Shown: piece by piece, positions 17,761-27,208 of the stretch | How positions within the stretch are numbered: the first letter of the stretch is position 1 | How the letters are laid out: each line of letters starts with the position of its first letter | DNA from: a virus | Taxonomy: Duplodnaviria > Caudoviricetes | DNA length: 56,668 bases | Strand: one strand, 5' to 3' | Virus record (IMG/VR): IMGVR_UViG_3300030329_005304 | Location: 1-56,668 of that record | Translations under genes and position numbers: made by a program | The notes under the pieces: model-generated | Database searches by the model: none | Seen by the model: only the letters and a program-made list of their open reading frames with translations | Told to the model about the DNA's origin: nothing

Positions 17761-17786
17761 AAACGGGTCGAGAAAGAGAGACAGAA

Positions 17787-18287
17787 ATGGCTACTACAAC
17801 CGCACCCACAGGCTTCGGTCGTCCCATTTGGTCCGCCATGAAGGGCGGAAAGCAGGTCCACGGCGTCGGGCTCGTTCCGGTTTCCTTTGCGATGGTCACC
17901 GGCCACTCGGGCAACTTCAACAGGAACCTCTTCATCGCTCCCCCCGTCACGGAGGGGCGATTCAAGGTCGAGGCGGCGAGCATCTCGTTCGGCGCGGCGG
18001 TCAACGACGACGGATCGAACTACTGGTCGATCATGCTTCAGAGTGGCTCGGAGAGCACGTTCACCGACCTTGGCGCCTCGGCCCTGTCGAGCGCGAGCGA
18101 CTTTGACGCCAACAAGGCCTATGCACTCGAGGTCGACGGCCCCGAGGCGGCTTCGCCAAAGAAGGTCTATCTGGAGGCCGGGGACATTGTTCGGATCCTC
18201 TTCACCGAGACCAACACCGCCACAGACCTGACGTCCAACAACATGACGATCACACTGTTCCTCCGACACAGTCCTCCGGGTCGCTAG
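17787..18287 (+). CDS. Putative virion structural protein
   Basis: Beta-rich 166 aa in the head module. Confidence 0.7.
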   Translation: MATTTAPTGFGRPIWSAMKGGKQVHGVGLVPVSFAMVTGHSGNFNRNLFIAPPVTEGRFKVEAASISFGAAVNDDGSNYWSIMLQSGSESTFTDLGASALSSASDFDANKAYALEVDGPEAASPKKVYLEAGDIVRILFTETNTATDLTSNNMTITLFLRHSPPGR

Positions 18288-18301
18288 ACTCGGGTGGTCT
18301 T

Positions 18302-18339
18302 CCAACGGACGGGGGTAACTGACCACCCCCGTCCGTTGG
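18302..18339 (+). terminator. 15-bp perfect hairpin
   Basis: CCAACGGACGGGGGT / ACCCCCGTCCGTTGG; no U-tract. Confidence 0.5.
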
Positions 18340-18360
18340 GACACCTGAGAGGAGGCCCAG

Positions 18361-19656
18361 ATGGACTTCGGGAAGCTCAAGCAGAGACTGGGACGCCGCC
18401 GAGGCTTCGACGGAAACGAGAACCGTCTAGGCGACTTCATCAACGATGCGTACATGACCGTGTGCGGTCGGCGCTCCTCCTGGTCGTGGCTTCGCAGGAC
18501 GACTCAGTTCGCCACAACAGCCCCCATCAGCAGGACTGACGGCACGGTCACAAAGGGCAGCCGCAAGGTCGTCCTGACGAGCTCGACGATCGGGACAACC
18601 CGGTCAGGTGGCCGGCTTCTCCTTCCCGACGGAACGGCGCCACGCATCCTGAGCCACGACGCAACCATCAATGCGTATATCGAGGCTCCGTATGGCGGAA
18701 CTACGGCGGCCGGCTCGGCGTCCTGGACGCTTCTGTACGACGAGTTCCCCCTACCAGACGGTGCGGGTGTGATTGAGTCGGTCATCTGCACGGGGAACGG
18801 CTTCATCTACCACGTGAAGGAGGAGAGCCTCCTTCCGCAGCACATGAAGACGCTGACCATCAAGGACTACCAGTCCTACCCGCAGTACTACGCCCTCGAG
18901 CGGGGAAGCCAGATTCCGGCTCCGGACGTGGCGATGACGGCCGCCTCGGCGGCCCACGCAAGCGATGTCCTTGCGACGGGGACCTACAAGTACAAGTACT
19001 GCTACTACGACACTCGCACCCAGGAACTCGGACCATTCTCCGAGGAGACGAGCATCGTCCACAGCATCGGTGGCAACGTAGCCCTTACCTTCACCCGAAG
19101 GGCAGACTACGGGCTTGCCATCTACCGGACGAAGGCCGGAGGCTCGGAGTTCTACCACCTCCGAAATGCGGCCACGTTCACGACGACCGCCTACACGGAC
19201 TTCGTAGCGGATACGGCTCTTGGGTTTAGCCACCAGGACACCGACACGGCTGGCAGTGCGATGGACACGAACATCGGCGCCATTTCCGAGCGGTCTGGTC
19301 GCACGAGCGGAACGCAGCGCGTTCGCTTGTGGCCTCCGCCGGACGATGAGTACATGGTGGATGTCACGTACTTCGAGGTCCCCCAGGAGATGAGTCTGGA
19401 TACAGACACTCCCCTGGTTCCCAGACAGTTCCACCCTGTGATCCTCGACCTGGCCGAGAGCTATGCTCTCAGTGAGGAGGAGAGCCACAGTGCCGCCGCT
19501 CAGAAGCGCGCCATTGCGATGGAGATGCTTGAGCGGATGGAGCGGGATGAGGACTCTGACCCTGGCACGGTCGTTATGATTGGCCGTGGGGAGCCTGACG
19601 TCTACGGAGAGCGGCTCGGCGACGGTCGGTGGCCCCGTACCGTTAGCACCTCTTAG
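18361..19656 (+). CDS. Head-tail adaptor / tail tubular A-like protein with inserted beta domains
   Basis: FINDAY...WSWL N-terminus; RLWPPPD...DTPLVPRQFHPVI C-terminus typical of podoviral adaptors. Confidence 0.7.
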   Translation: MDFGKLKQRLGRRRGFDGNENRLGDFINDAYMTVCGRRSSWSWLRRTTQFATTAPISRTDGTVTKGSRKVVLTSSTIGTTRSGGRLLLPDGTAPRILSHDATINAYIEAPYGGTTAAGSASWTLLYDEFPLPDGAGVIESVICTGNGFIYHVKEESLLPQHMKTLTIKDYQSYPQYYALERGSQIPAPDVAMTAASAAHASDVLATGTYKYKYCYYDTRTQELGPFSEETSIVHSIGGNVALTFTRRADYGLAIYRTKAGGSEFYHLRNAATFTTTAYTDFVADTALGFSHQDTDTAGSAMDTNIGAISERSGRTSGTQRVRLWPPPDDEYMVDVTYFEVPQEMSLDTDTPLVPRQFHPVILDLAESYALSEEESHSAAAQKRAIAMEMLERMERDEDSDPGTVVMIGRGEPDVYGERLGDGRWPRTVSTS

Positions 19657-19665
19657 GAGGCTTCT

Positions 19666-22065
19666 GTGGCACGCATAGCCCAAGGTAGGGGGATTCACGC
19701 GGTCCCCGTCCTCACTCGCGGCCTCACGGACCGGGTATGGGTGTCCAGCGGCGAGGCCAGCAAGGTCGACGGGTGCTACTTCCAGGTCATTGGTCGGGTT
19801 GAGAAGGCTCGTGGGATCCGGAATCTCGTCGACTGGCCCCACAACGAGTACCACCTCCTGAACACGCGCATCAACGCCATCAGGTCCTTCAAGTCGAGGG
19901 ACGGCGTGGACGAGCTCGTCGTGTCGTTGTCTGGGGATACGGGGCAAGCCGAGGACTACTACAGCAGCATCCCGTCTGGGATAGTCTCCAGCTCGGCGAC
20001 AGGAGAGACCCGGAGTAAGTACCGGGGTGGCCGGGTTCTTCTTCTTCGCGGAAAGCGCCTCGAGAACCCAAACCTTAGCCATATCTCCCTCGACAGCCCA
20101 TGGGACCATGACTTGTCTCCCGGCCCGAACGGCACACATCTGATCGACGGGCAGCGGGTGGATCCGGAGGACCCCTTTGGCTCGGACTACTTCTCCGAGT
20201 GGGCTGGGTGGCTCTTTATCTCGAATGGTGTCGATGCGAATGTGAAGTGGAACGGGAGTTACGCGGCTCGTGTTGGTGTTCAGGAGCGGCCCGCTCCGCC
20301 TATGGCGAGGAAGAAGGAGTACACCCTCCACCTCGACTTCTCTATTTCTGACGAGGCTCTTGGTGTTGGCGGAGCCCCGAGGCGCAACCTCCACGGCAAG
20401 CAGACGTTCCAGTACCGGGCAACCTTTGTGAGTTCCTCCGGGGCAGAGGGCCCGCCGAGCGAGGCTGGTGTGGGTGTTGTTGCTGGCGAGTTGTACTCTG
20501 GGGCCGCCGTTTGGGACAACGGCCATTGGGACGTGAAGAGAGAGCCACCTGAGGGTGGGCATCCTGGCATCGCAGAGAACCTCCCGGCCCATGCGCGCAG
20601 AGTGGTTATCGAGATCACGGGGCTCGACCGGCCCACCCAGTCCGACATCGTCTGGAGGAACATCTACAAGCGCTCAAAGGACGGGGACTACTACTTCTGG
20701 CGACAAGTCTCTGTGAACGAGCAGGCGGTGTTCGACACCGAAGATGTCCTCCAGTCCGCCTCGATGGGCAGCCCGCTCCGCGAAGGGATACAGGCCCCTC
20801 CGACGTCGAAGTTCATTGGCTTCTTCCGTGGGCGCGGATACTACGTCTCGCAGTCCTTCCCCTCGTTTGTCTTCTACAGCGACCCGGGCCTGCCGGAGCA
20901 ACTGTCCTCTGCCCTGCAGTACCTCGACGTGAACAGCGGAGATGGTGGCCACGTCACCGGACTCTTCCCGTTCGGCGACTCTCTTGTTGTCTTCAAGGAA
21001 GACTCGATGTGGCAAATCACGGCCCTCGCCGATGGTTCGCCACTGCTGACCCCTGTTGATGAGTCCATTGGGAGTACTTCGCCGCGAGCCTCCATCTTGG
21101 CTTATGAGCGCCTCGTGTTCGTTGGAGAGCACGGTGTGTATCAGTACGACGGAGCGTCCGTGAGGCCGCTCTCGGAGAACCTGAATACGTGGTGGAAGAA
21201 CGTCTACAAGGGCGGCCTTAGGACAGCGGTGTCCTGGTTGGATGAGGAGGAGCGGCGGCTCTTTATCGCTCTTCAGAGCGGCCCAGAAGACGTCAACGAC
21301 ATGGTGGTCTGCTACCACTATCAGCTTGATGCTATCAGCGTGGTTGGCGGTCAGCGCATCACGGCGGTAGAGCGACATAAAGGCGAGACCGTCCTTGGTA
21401 TTCGTCATGAGAAGAAGAGCAAGAAGGCCGAGAACCCTCGACTAGGCATCCCCAGCCCCGGGGATAAGAGCAAGGCCCTTGGCGCCCCTAAGGTCCTTGC
21501 GGCTGACCAGGAGTCGATTCGGAACTCCGACCTTGTCCTGTGGGGACTCGGCAACTCTTTCGACTACTCGTTCCAACCAGGGACGATTGACCGCGATGGT
21601 GCGGCCCCGACAGTTACGGCGGGCTCTTCTGCTGGGAAGATCCGATTCGGTCCGTACAGCGCAAACCAGACAGGGTGGAACTCTCAGGAAGAGATGGAGG
21701 TCGCAGGTATCGACGTCTTCTTCCCATACGTCGGGAACCACAGCGCCACGGTCCGCTGGTACAAGAACAGGAATCCGGTCGCAGAGGGCTCCCTGGACTT
21801 TGCTCTGAACAAGGACGGAACCCTTGCCCAGAAGGCGGAGAACACAGACCTGACGGAGCTTGACGGCTGGGGCGCGAGCTCAAAGGCCTGGGACACTTCC
21901 ACGTGGAACGGCGACCGACAACTTTTCCAGCGCATTGTCTTCCCGGAGTCCGTGGTTTGCCGGGAGATTGAGATTGAGTTTGAGAACTCGGTCGACGGTG
22001 AGCCGCTCGAGCTGGATGGCTTTGTTTTGTGGCGTGTGTCTAAGGGCTCGGAGCGCCAGAGGTAA
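19666..22065 (+). CDS. Tail nozzle / tubular B (P22 gp10-like) protein
   Basis: 799 aa; propeller-like motifs VFYSDPG, LVVFKEDSMW, LVFVGEHGVY. Confidence 0.75.
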   Translation: MARIAQGRGIHAVPVLTRGLTDRVWVSSGEASKVDGCYFQVIGRVEKARGIRNLVDWPHNEYHLLNTRINAIRSFKSRDGVDELVVSLSGDTGQAEDYYSSIPSGIVSSSATGETRSKYRGGRVLLLRGKRLENPNLSHISLDSPWDHDLSPGPNGTHLIDGQRVDPEDPFGSDYFSEWAGWLFISNGVDANVKWNGSYAARVGVQERPAPPMARKKEYTLHLDFSISDEALGVGGAPRRNLHGKQTFQYRATFVSSSGAEGPPSEAGVGVVAGELYSGAAVWDNGHWDVKREPPEGGHPGIAENLPAHARRVVIEITGLDRPTQSDIVWRNIYKRSKDGDYYFWRQVSVNEQAVFDTEDVLQSASMGSPLREGIQAPPTSKFIGFFRGRGYYVSQSFPSFVFYSDPGLPEQLSSALQYLDVNSGDGGHVTGLFPFGDSLVVFKEDSMWQITALADGSPLLTPVDESIGSTSPRASILAYERLVFVGEHGVYQYDGASVRPLSENLNTWWKNVYKGGLRTAVSWLDEEERRLFIALQSGPEDVNDMVVCYHYQLDAISVVGGQRITAVERHKGETVLGIRHEKKSKKAENPRLGIPSPGDKSKALGAPKVLAADQESIRNSDLVLWGLGNSFDYSFQPGTIDRDGAAPTVTAGSSAGKIRFGPYSANQTGWNSQEEMEVAGIDVFFPYVGNHSATVRWYKNRNPVAEGSLDFALNKDGTLAQKAENTDLTELDGWGASSKAWDTSTWNGDRQLFQRIVFPESVVCREIEIEFENSVDGEPLELDGFVLWRVSKGSERQR

Positions 22066-22307
22066 TGGCTTACGATCCTGAGGTTGAGGCAGCCCTTGCC
22101 CAGGACCCGAGATACAAGGGTCTCCTGGAGAGGCTGCGTATCGCCGTGAACAGGGCAAACCTTGGGGCCTCAACAAACTGGCCGCTCGGGAGGCGAGCGA
22201 CGTATTCTTTGCGTCTGGCTGGCGGCGGAGGAACGGTTTCGCTGAAGAACCCGGGCTCGGTTCGTCGGGCGATTCTGCTCCTCGAGAACTACAAGCGGGA
22301 GGCCTGA
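22065..22307 (+). CDS. Hypothetical protein (tail module)
   Basis: Coupled start/stop overlaps. Confidence 0.6.
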   Translation: MAYDPEVEAALAQDPRYKGLLERLRIAVNRANLGASTNWPLGRRATYSLRLAGGGGTVSLKNPGSVRRAILLLENYKREA

Positions 22308-22942
22308 TGTACTACAGGAAGATCAGTTACCCCGCTGATGGTCGAGCGGACGACCCGTCTGAGCTCTGGGAGGAGTTCCAGCGGATCCGGTCCTACCTGT
22401 CCTCAGTCGACCAGAACAACATCGAGCACGGAACCATCCGAAGAGACAGCATCGCTAGGCCAGACAGCCTGGACCACAGCGGGATAACAGACATCATCGG
22501 GATGGACGGCGACTTCTTGTACAGCGAGGGCGTTTCGCCATCAGGCGAGGAGCTTTTGCTTATTGACCAGACCAAGGCTGGGCACTGGTTCAGCCTTGGT
22601 CAGGCAGATAGTCTTTCTGAGGTCTCTCTTCGTGCCGCTTCGCGAGGGGCGGCCCCATGGATCGTTGCCGCGTCAGTCGACGTGAAGCTCAAGAGCTCAA
22701 AGAACGCGAAGCCGAGTGTTCGGCTTCGCGTCACCAGTTCCCAGGGCGGCTTGTCTGTGGCTGAGTCTGTTGGCGGGGTTTACGACACCCGGACGAGTGG
22801 CTGTAGCTTGGGTGTGATCACCGCGGTCTTGTCTGAGGGCGGCTCTCTGGATGTTGCTCCATCGGTAATGGTCTCAGGCCCCGGAGACTGGGCCGTTCGG
22901 GTGAGGCGGGCAAACATCTGGGCTTTTGGGCTGTATAACTGA
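22307..22942 (+). CDS. Putative tail-associated protein
   Basis: TGATG coupling; beta-rich C-domain. Confidence 0.7.
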   Translation: MYYRKISYPADGRADDPSELWEEFQRIRSYLSSVDQNNIEHGTIRRDSIARPDSLDHSGITDIIGMDGDFLYSEGVSPSGEELLLIDQTKAGHWFSLGQADSLSEVSLRAASRGAAPWIVAASVDVKLKSSKNAKPSVRLRVTSSQGGLSVAESVGGVYDTRTSGCSLGVITAVLSEGGSLDVAPSVMVSGPGDWAVRVRRANIWAFGLYN

Positions 22943-23484
22943 TGCCGGTCCTCATCTACACATACGACGGCAGGGAGCAGGAGGGCCAAGTGTCTTCGGC
23001 TGCCGATCTTATCTCCAATCTCGATGAGATCGAAAAGGTCGCAAACAGCCTGTCTTGGCAGAACATCGAAGACCGCTCACTCGATTCGTATCATTGCCTC
23101 CCCGGGGAAGCTCACAAGCAAACACGGGGCTCTTATGCCGAAGGGTCAACCCTTCCGGTCGACTCGTTTTACTCGGTCGCGAGCGTTTCCTTTCCTGTTC
23201 GCGCCGGGAACGGCGTCTTCTGCTTTGGGAGCGTCAGCTTTGATCACTCGCTGGTAACCCCAGGGGACGATGGCCACATACGGCTCGAGTCGTCCCATGG
23301 GGGCTGGCAACTAAACAACGCCAGGAGGAACGAAACCTTCGGGGGGACCAATATCGCCTGGGCCTTCAAGTCAACAAAGAATGGCTCGGAGAAGGTTACG
23401 CTGCGGATGAAGGTCCTGTCGGGGTGGACAAGCTCCTCTTCGTCTGTCTATGCCCAATTGGTCGTGTTTGTGGTTGATCGATGA
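22942..23484 (+). CDS. Putative tail-associated protein
   Basis: TGATG coupling; architecture similar to neighbours. Confidence 0.7.
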   Translation: MPVLIYTYDGREQEGQVSSAADLISNLDEIEKVANSLSWQNIEDRSLDSYHCLPGEAHKQTRGSYAEGSTLPVDSFYSVASVSFPVRAGNGVFCFGSVSFDHSLVTPGDDGHIRLESSHGGWQLNNARRNETFGGTNIAWAFKSTKNGSEKVTLRMKVLSGWTSSSSSVYAQLVVFVVDR

Positions 23485-24338
23485 TTCTGAACTTCACCTA
23501 CCCTGCTGAGTTCGTCGCTGGCGGCCAGATGAAGCCAGAGCACTGGAGCGGCCCGCTAGACGAGCTCGAGTCTGTCTTCCAGAGCAACATGCATGGGGTG
23601 AACATCGCCCTTGGTCCCGCGCTTCATGGGAAAAACTTCAGGGGAAACGGGCTGACTGAGGTTTGGAAGCGCGCCGCTGCGAGCGAGTCCTGGACCGTCT
23701 TCCCTGGGGCGGGCGGCACGAGAGTGGATATGCCTGGCGGGTCTCTTCGTTTTAGGCTTCGCCGCCCCGCGACGGTGGTTGTTTTCTACATTGCGTCAAT
23801 CTTCAGGACCAACTACCCAGAAGAGACCTCCGGCGACGACGGGACCCAGAACCCTCCAGTGAACGTCGACAAGGCCGTGAGTCACACAAGGTTTGAGGCT
23901 TTGTGGGAGGGCAAGGGGGACGGCTCGCCTGGTGGTGAGTTGCTTCAGTCGACAACGGTCCTTCGGCAGCGGGGGAATCCTGGGGACTCGGTGACCCAGT
24001 CCAGGCAGGTTGTGTTTGCTTGGCAGGTTCGTCCAGTAAATGGGACCGCTCCCGTTGTTGCCGGGACTCGGGCGTTCCCTGGGACAGATCAACTTCAGGC
24101 AGGATGGCACTGCGTTCGACATACCGCGTCAGATCTGCTTAACGACGAGTATCCACTCCCAGAAGGCTCGCTCCACACACCGGGATTCGTGGTTGGCAAT
24201 ACAGAACTCGTTGTTGTTGCCAACTATGGACCAAAGCAGGATGACCTTGAAGAGGCGGCCGCTTCGGCGGAAGATGACCGCGTTGCGGATGCCGGACTTG
24301 ACGACGTTCGCGGAAGGGTGTTCCGTGGGCGGTCCTGA
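23481..24338 (+). CDS. Putative tail-associated protein
   Basis: ATGA overlap; 285 aa. Confidence 0.7.
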   Translation: MILNFTYPAEFVAGGQMKPEHWSGPLDELESVFQSNMHGVNIALGPALHGKNFRGNGLTEVWKRAAASESWTVFPGAGGTRVDMPGGSLRFRLRRPATVVVFYIASIFRTNYPEETSGDDGTQNPPVNVDKAVSHTRFEALWEGKGDGSPGGELLQSTTVLRQRGNPGDSVTQSRQVVFAWQVRPVNGTAPVVAGTRAFPGTDQLQAGWHCVRHTASDLLNDEYPLPEGSLHTPGFVVGNTELVVVANYGPKQDDLEEAAASAEDDRVADAGLDDVRGRVFRGRS

Positions 24339-24366
24339 GGTTAGGATGACTTTGTAAGGAGGCTTG

Positions 24367-24786
24367 ATGGCCACCACGCTGATGCCACAGACCTTCCCGT
24401 ACGACGTGCGGTTCGCCGACCAGATGGAGCCTCTCCGTCAGGCGCACGAGCGCGTGTACGCCACTCCGGTTGACTACACAAGGCGTGGTGGAACGGCGCT
24501 CCTGAGTCGTGGAGACATGTATGGCTCCCTCTACGATGCCGCAGCCAGGGCCACGGCAGAGAGGCGTGCTGCGGAGCAAAGAAGGCGCACGGCTTGGGCG
24601 GCCCAGGCGGATCGAAATAGGATCCAAGCCGCCGCGCTTCGCAACCAATCAATTGCCGATCTTGTCTCTGGCGGAGTCGGCCTTGCCGGGGACGAGATTG
24701 CGCGACTGAGGTATCGCGACAACCAGGCCAACTCGACGACTGTCCGGCCAGCCGTCGACGGCCTTGGCATCTGGGGGGCTGAGTAA
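24367..24786 (+). CDS. Putative internal virion/ejection protein
   Basis: AAGGAGG SD; Ala/Arg-rich helical sequence. Confidence 0.6.
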   Translation: MATTLMPQTFPYDVRFADQMEPLRQAHERVYATPVDYTRRGGTALLSRGDMYGSLYDAAARATAERRAAEQRRRTAWAAQADRNRIQAAALRNQSIADLVSGGVGLAGDEIARLRYRDNQANSTTVRPAVDGLGIWGAE

Positions 24787-25388
24787 TGGCTCTTATTTCC
24801 AGTATCGCGGCGGGAGACATCTCCCAGCGGCCAGAGTTCACGACAGGGGAGCAGGAGTGGTACGACAAGAAGGCCAGGCCCTACGCCGAGGCCCTTCGGT
24901 CCCAGGCCCTCGGGGAGGGCGGCGCAGCGCAGCGCGGCGCACGGAAGTCCCAGGGCCAACTTGTTGCCGCACAGTTTGGCGGACAGGGTGGCGTCCTCGG
25001 GGAGCGCGCGACCACCGCGATGGCCCCAACATTCCGCCGCGCCATGCAGAGGGCTCTTATGTCTGCAAAGCAGCAGGCTGACGAGAACACTCGCCGAGTA
25101 ATGCAGGAGCGCGAGCGAAAGAGGGCCGCCGGGCTGTCCGAGCTCGGTTCTGTGACCAACATTGAGTCATCCCTTGCGAACCTCATCCCGTTTGCTGGGC
25201 CATACATCGCTGGCACTACGGGCCTTGTCGGCGGCCTTGAGCAGGCAGCTATCGGCGACTCAAACAAGGCGGGTCAGACTCCGCTTCGCACCCTTGACTG
25301 GGGCTCCCCCAGCACCTCGACGACGGACCCGAGTGTTCGTCCTGGCGGCGGCGGCCTCTATGACCTGTACAACCTGACTTACGGCTAG
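24786..25388 (+). CDS. Putative ejection protein with Gly-rich hydrophobic segment
   Basis: LIPFAGPYIAGTTGLVGG; position. Confidence 0.6.
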   Translation: MALISSIAAGDISQRPEFTTGEQEWYDKKARPYAEALRSQALGEGGAAQRGARKSQGQLVAAQFGGQGGVLGERATTAMAPTFRRAMQRALMSAKQQADENTRRVMQERERKRAAGLSELGSVTNIESSLANLIPFAGPYIAGTTGLVGGLEQAAIGDSNKAGQTPLRTLDWGSPSTSTTDPSVRPGGGGLYDLYNLTYG

Positions 25389-25396
25389 AGGGCGGC

Positions 25397-27202
25397 ATGG
25401 CTGGCGAAGACATTTACGCGGGAAGCTCAACCGCCCCCCTTCTGAGCGAAGCTTACGCCTTCAGGCCACTTGCCCAGATTCCGGGTCAGATACTAAGCCA
25501 CGAACGAATGGCGCGGATGATGGCCCTCAAGGAGGCCGAGTTTGAGGCTGAGCAGGCCCGGCTGGCCCGGGCCGAGGACAGGCTTCTTCAGGATCGACTA
25601 CTCAAGCGCCGTGGCGGCGAGGCACAGGGTGTTGGCGGCGGCTCTGGCCGTCGTCGCTCTGGCGGTGCCGGTGGTGCTGGTGCCGGTGCGGACGCCGAAC
25701 TGTCCGCGCTCATCGGTGCGCAGGTAGACCCTGCGCTCCGTGGGAGTGAGCTCGCCCTAAGCGGTGCGCTCGCAGCCCAGTCCAGGGCCGATCAAGAGAT
25801 GGCGGCTGCGGATATCGACGCAGCCAGAAACCCCGAGTGGATACGCGGGAGATCTGCACAGCAGTTCCTCGAGGGGCTCTCTGGGCAGCCCGATGCTGGG
25901 CGAGCCCATCTCGTTGAGTTTGGGCCGCCCAAGCCGCCCAAGCCCACGAGGTCGGTGGCCCGTGAGGCTGGAGAGCGCCCGTTTGACCCGACAGCGTCCA
26001 TTGTTCTTGGCGACAAGGGACTCGCAAATCCGTGGACCGAGCTTGGCCACGGCAAGGAGTACGTCGGGAACACTGGCTACGCGGAAGAGCTCGAGGCCCA
26101 GGGCGCAGCGCCCGAGGGCTTTGCTCGCCGCGTCGAGGCCTACAACAGCCGGCTTGGCTTGGCTGAGGGTCGCGAGCAGGCCAGGTTTGCCACCGAGTAT
26201 GCCCAGGAGGCTGCGCGCATTAGCGAGGAGCGTCGTGCCGCAAGGCAGGAGCGCTACGTCGGTGCGCTTAGTCAGACCACCTGGGGCAAGCGCAAGACCA
26301 GGGACCAGCTCAGCGCCATGGCCGACTTGCTGTCGAGGCCGGAGACGAGCCAGTCTGCTCTCGATCTCCTTGGTGACGAGGCGGCAAACTTCAGAACGAT
26401 CATCCAGTCGGACGCCGAGAGGCGGCGAGAGACTCGACTTAGGGATGCTGAGCGTGCCCACCTGGCGGAGACCGAGCGCGCGGCCATGGAGCAGTACGGA
26501 AAGGACATCCGAGCGGCGACAGAGTACTACGATCAGGCCATGAGGGCTCTTCGGCAAGAGTTTGGGGAGGGCAAGCCAATACCCCCCGATAGGTTGCGGG
26601 CTATCGAAGATGAGGAGGATCGCCTTGTCGACGAGGCGACCAACAGGAGAGACCAGGCCATCTCCAGAGGAAGGCTGCAGGCGGCTGACCAAGCGTCAAG
26701 GACGAGAGCCTCGACTGCGGAGACCCCGGGCGGTCCGGCCGAGAAGGCAGATATCCAGTGGGCAGATCAGGCTCTCAAGCAAGCCAAGGCAGACCTGGAC
26801 ATGGCCGAGTCTACGGCTGGGGCCGAAAGGTTTGACGAGCTCTCTGTGCGGTACATCGAAAGACAGACCAGGGCAAACCCGGACAATGCAGCCGCGGTTC
26901 GCGACTATGTCGCCGCCATGGGCAGAGACATCGATCAACTCAGGGTGGCGCTCAGAAGTGAGGTCAGCCCCACCAGGGGCGGCTTTGGGTTTGGTGGCGG
27001 AAGTTGGATTGATCGAATCCCTGGCGGGACAGAGGCGACTGAGGAGGACCCCGAGGTCGCTCGTTATGTCGAGAAGATGAACCTCAAGAGGGAGCTTGGT
27101 CCGCTTGGCAACTGGACCGGGAACTACACTCACCCAGATCTCGATGATCCCATTACTCCAGCGGAAATTCGCCAGGAACTCGCTGACAAGAAGGAGAGGT
27201 AG
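25397..27202 (+). CDS. Putative internal virion/ejection protein (601 aa)
   Basis: Ala/Arg/Glu-rich helical; precedes the giant protein. Confidence 0.65.
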   Translation: MAGEDIYAGSSTAPLLSEAYAFRPLAQIPGQILSHERMARMMALKEAEFEAEQARLARAEDRLLQDRLLKRRGGEAQGVGGGSGRRRSGGAGGAGAGADAELSALIGAQVDPALRGSELALSGALAAQSRADQEMAAADIDAARNPEWIRGRSAQQFLEGLSGQPDAGRAHLVEFGPPKPPKPTRSVAREAGERPFDPTASIVLGDKGLANPWTELGHGKEYVGNTGYAEELEAQGAAPEGFARRVEAYNSRLGLAEGREQARFATEYAQEAARISEERRAARQERYVGALSQTTWGKRKTRDQLSAMADLLSRPETSQSALDLLGDEAANFRTIIQSDAERRRETRLRDAERAHLAETERAAMEQYGKDIRAATEYYDQAMRALRQEFGEGKPIPPDRLRAIEDEEDRLVDEATNRRDQAISRGRLQAADQASRTRASTAETPGGPAEKADIQWADQALKQAKADLDMAESTAGAERFDELSVRYIERQTRANPDNAAAVRDYVAAMGRDIDQLRVALRSEVSPTRGGFGFGGGSWIDRIPGGTEATEEDPEVARYVEKMNLKRELGPLGNWTGNYTHPDLDDPITPAEIRQELADKKER

Positions 27203-27208
27203 GTCCCC

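Noticed and set aside
18751-20592. 613-aa minus-strand ORF (also 13557-14762 and 16060-17064)
   Set aside because: Antisense to clear structural genes; no motifs or SD.
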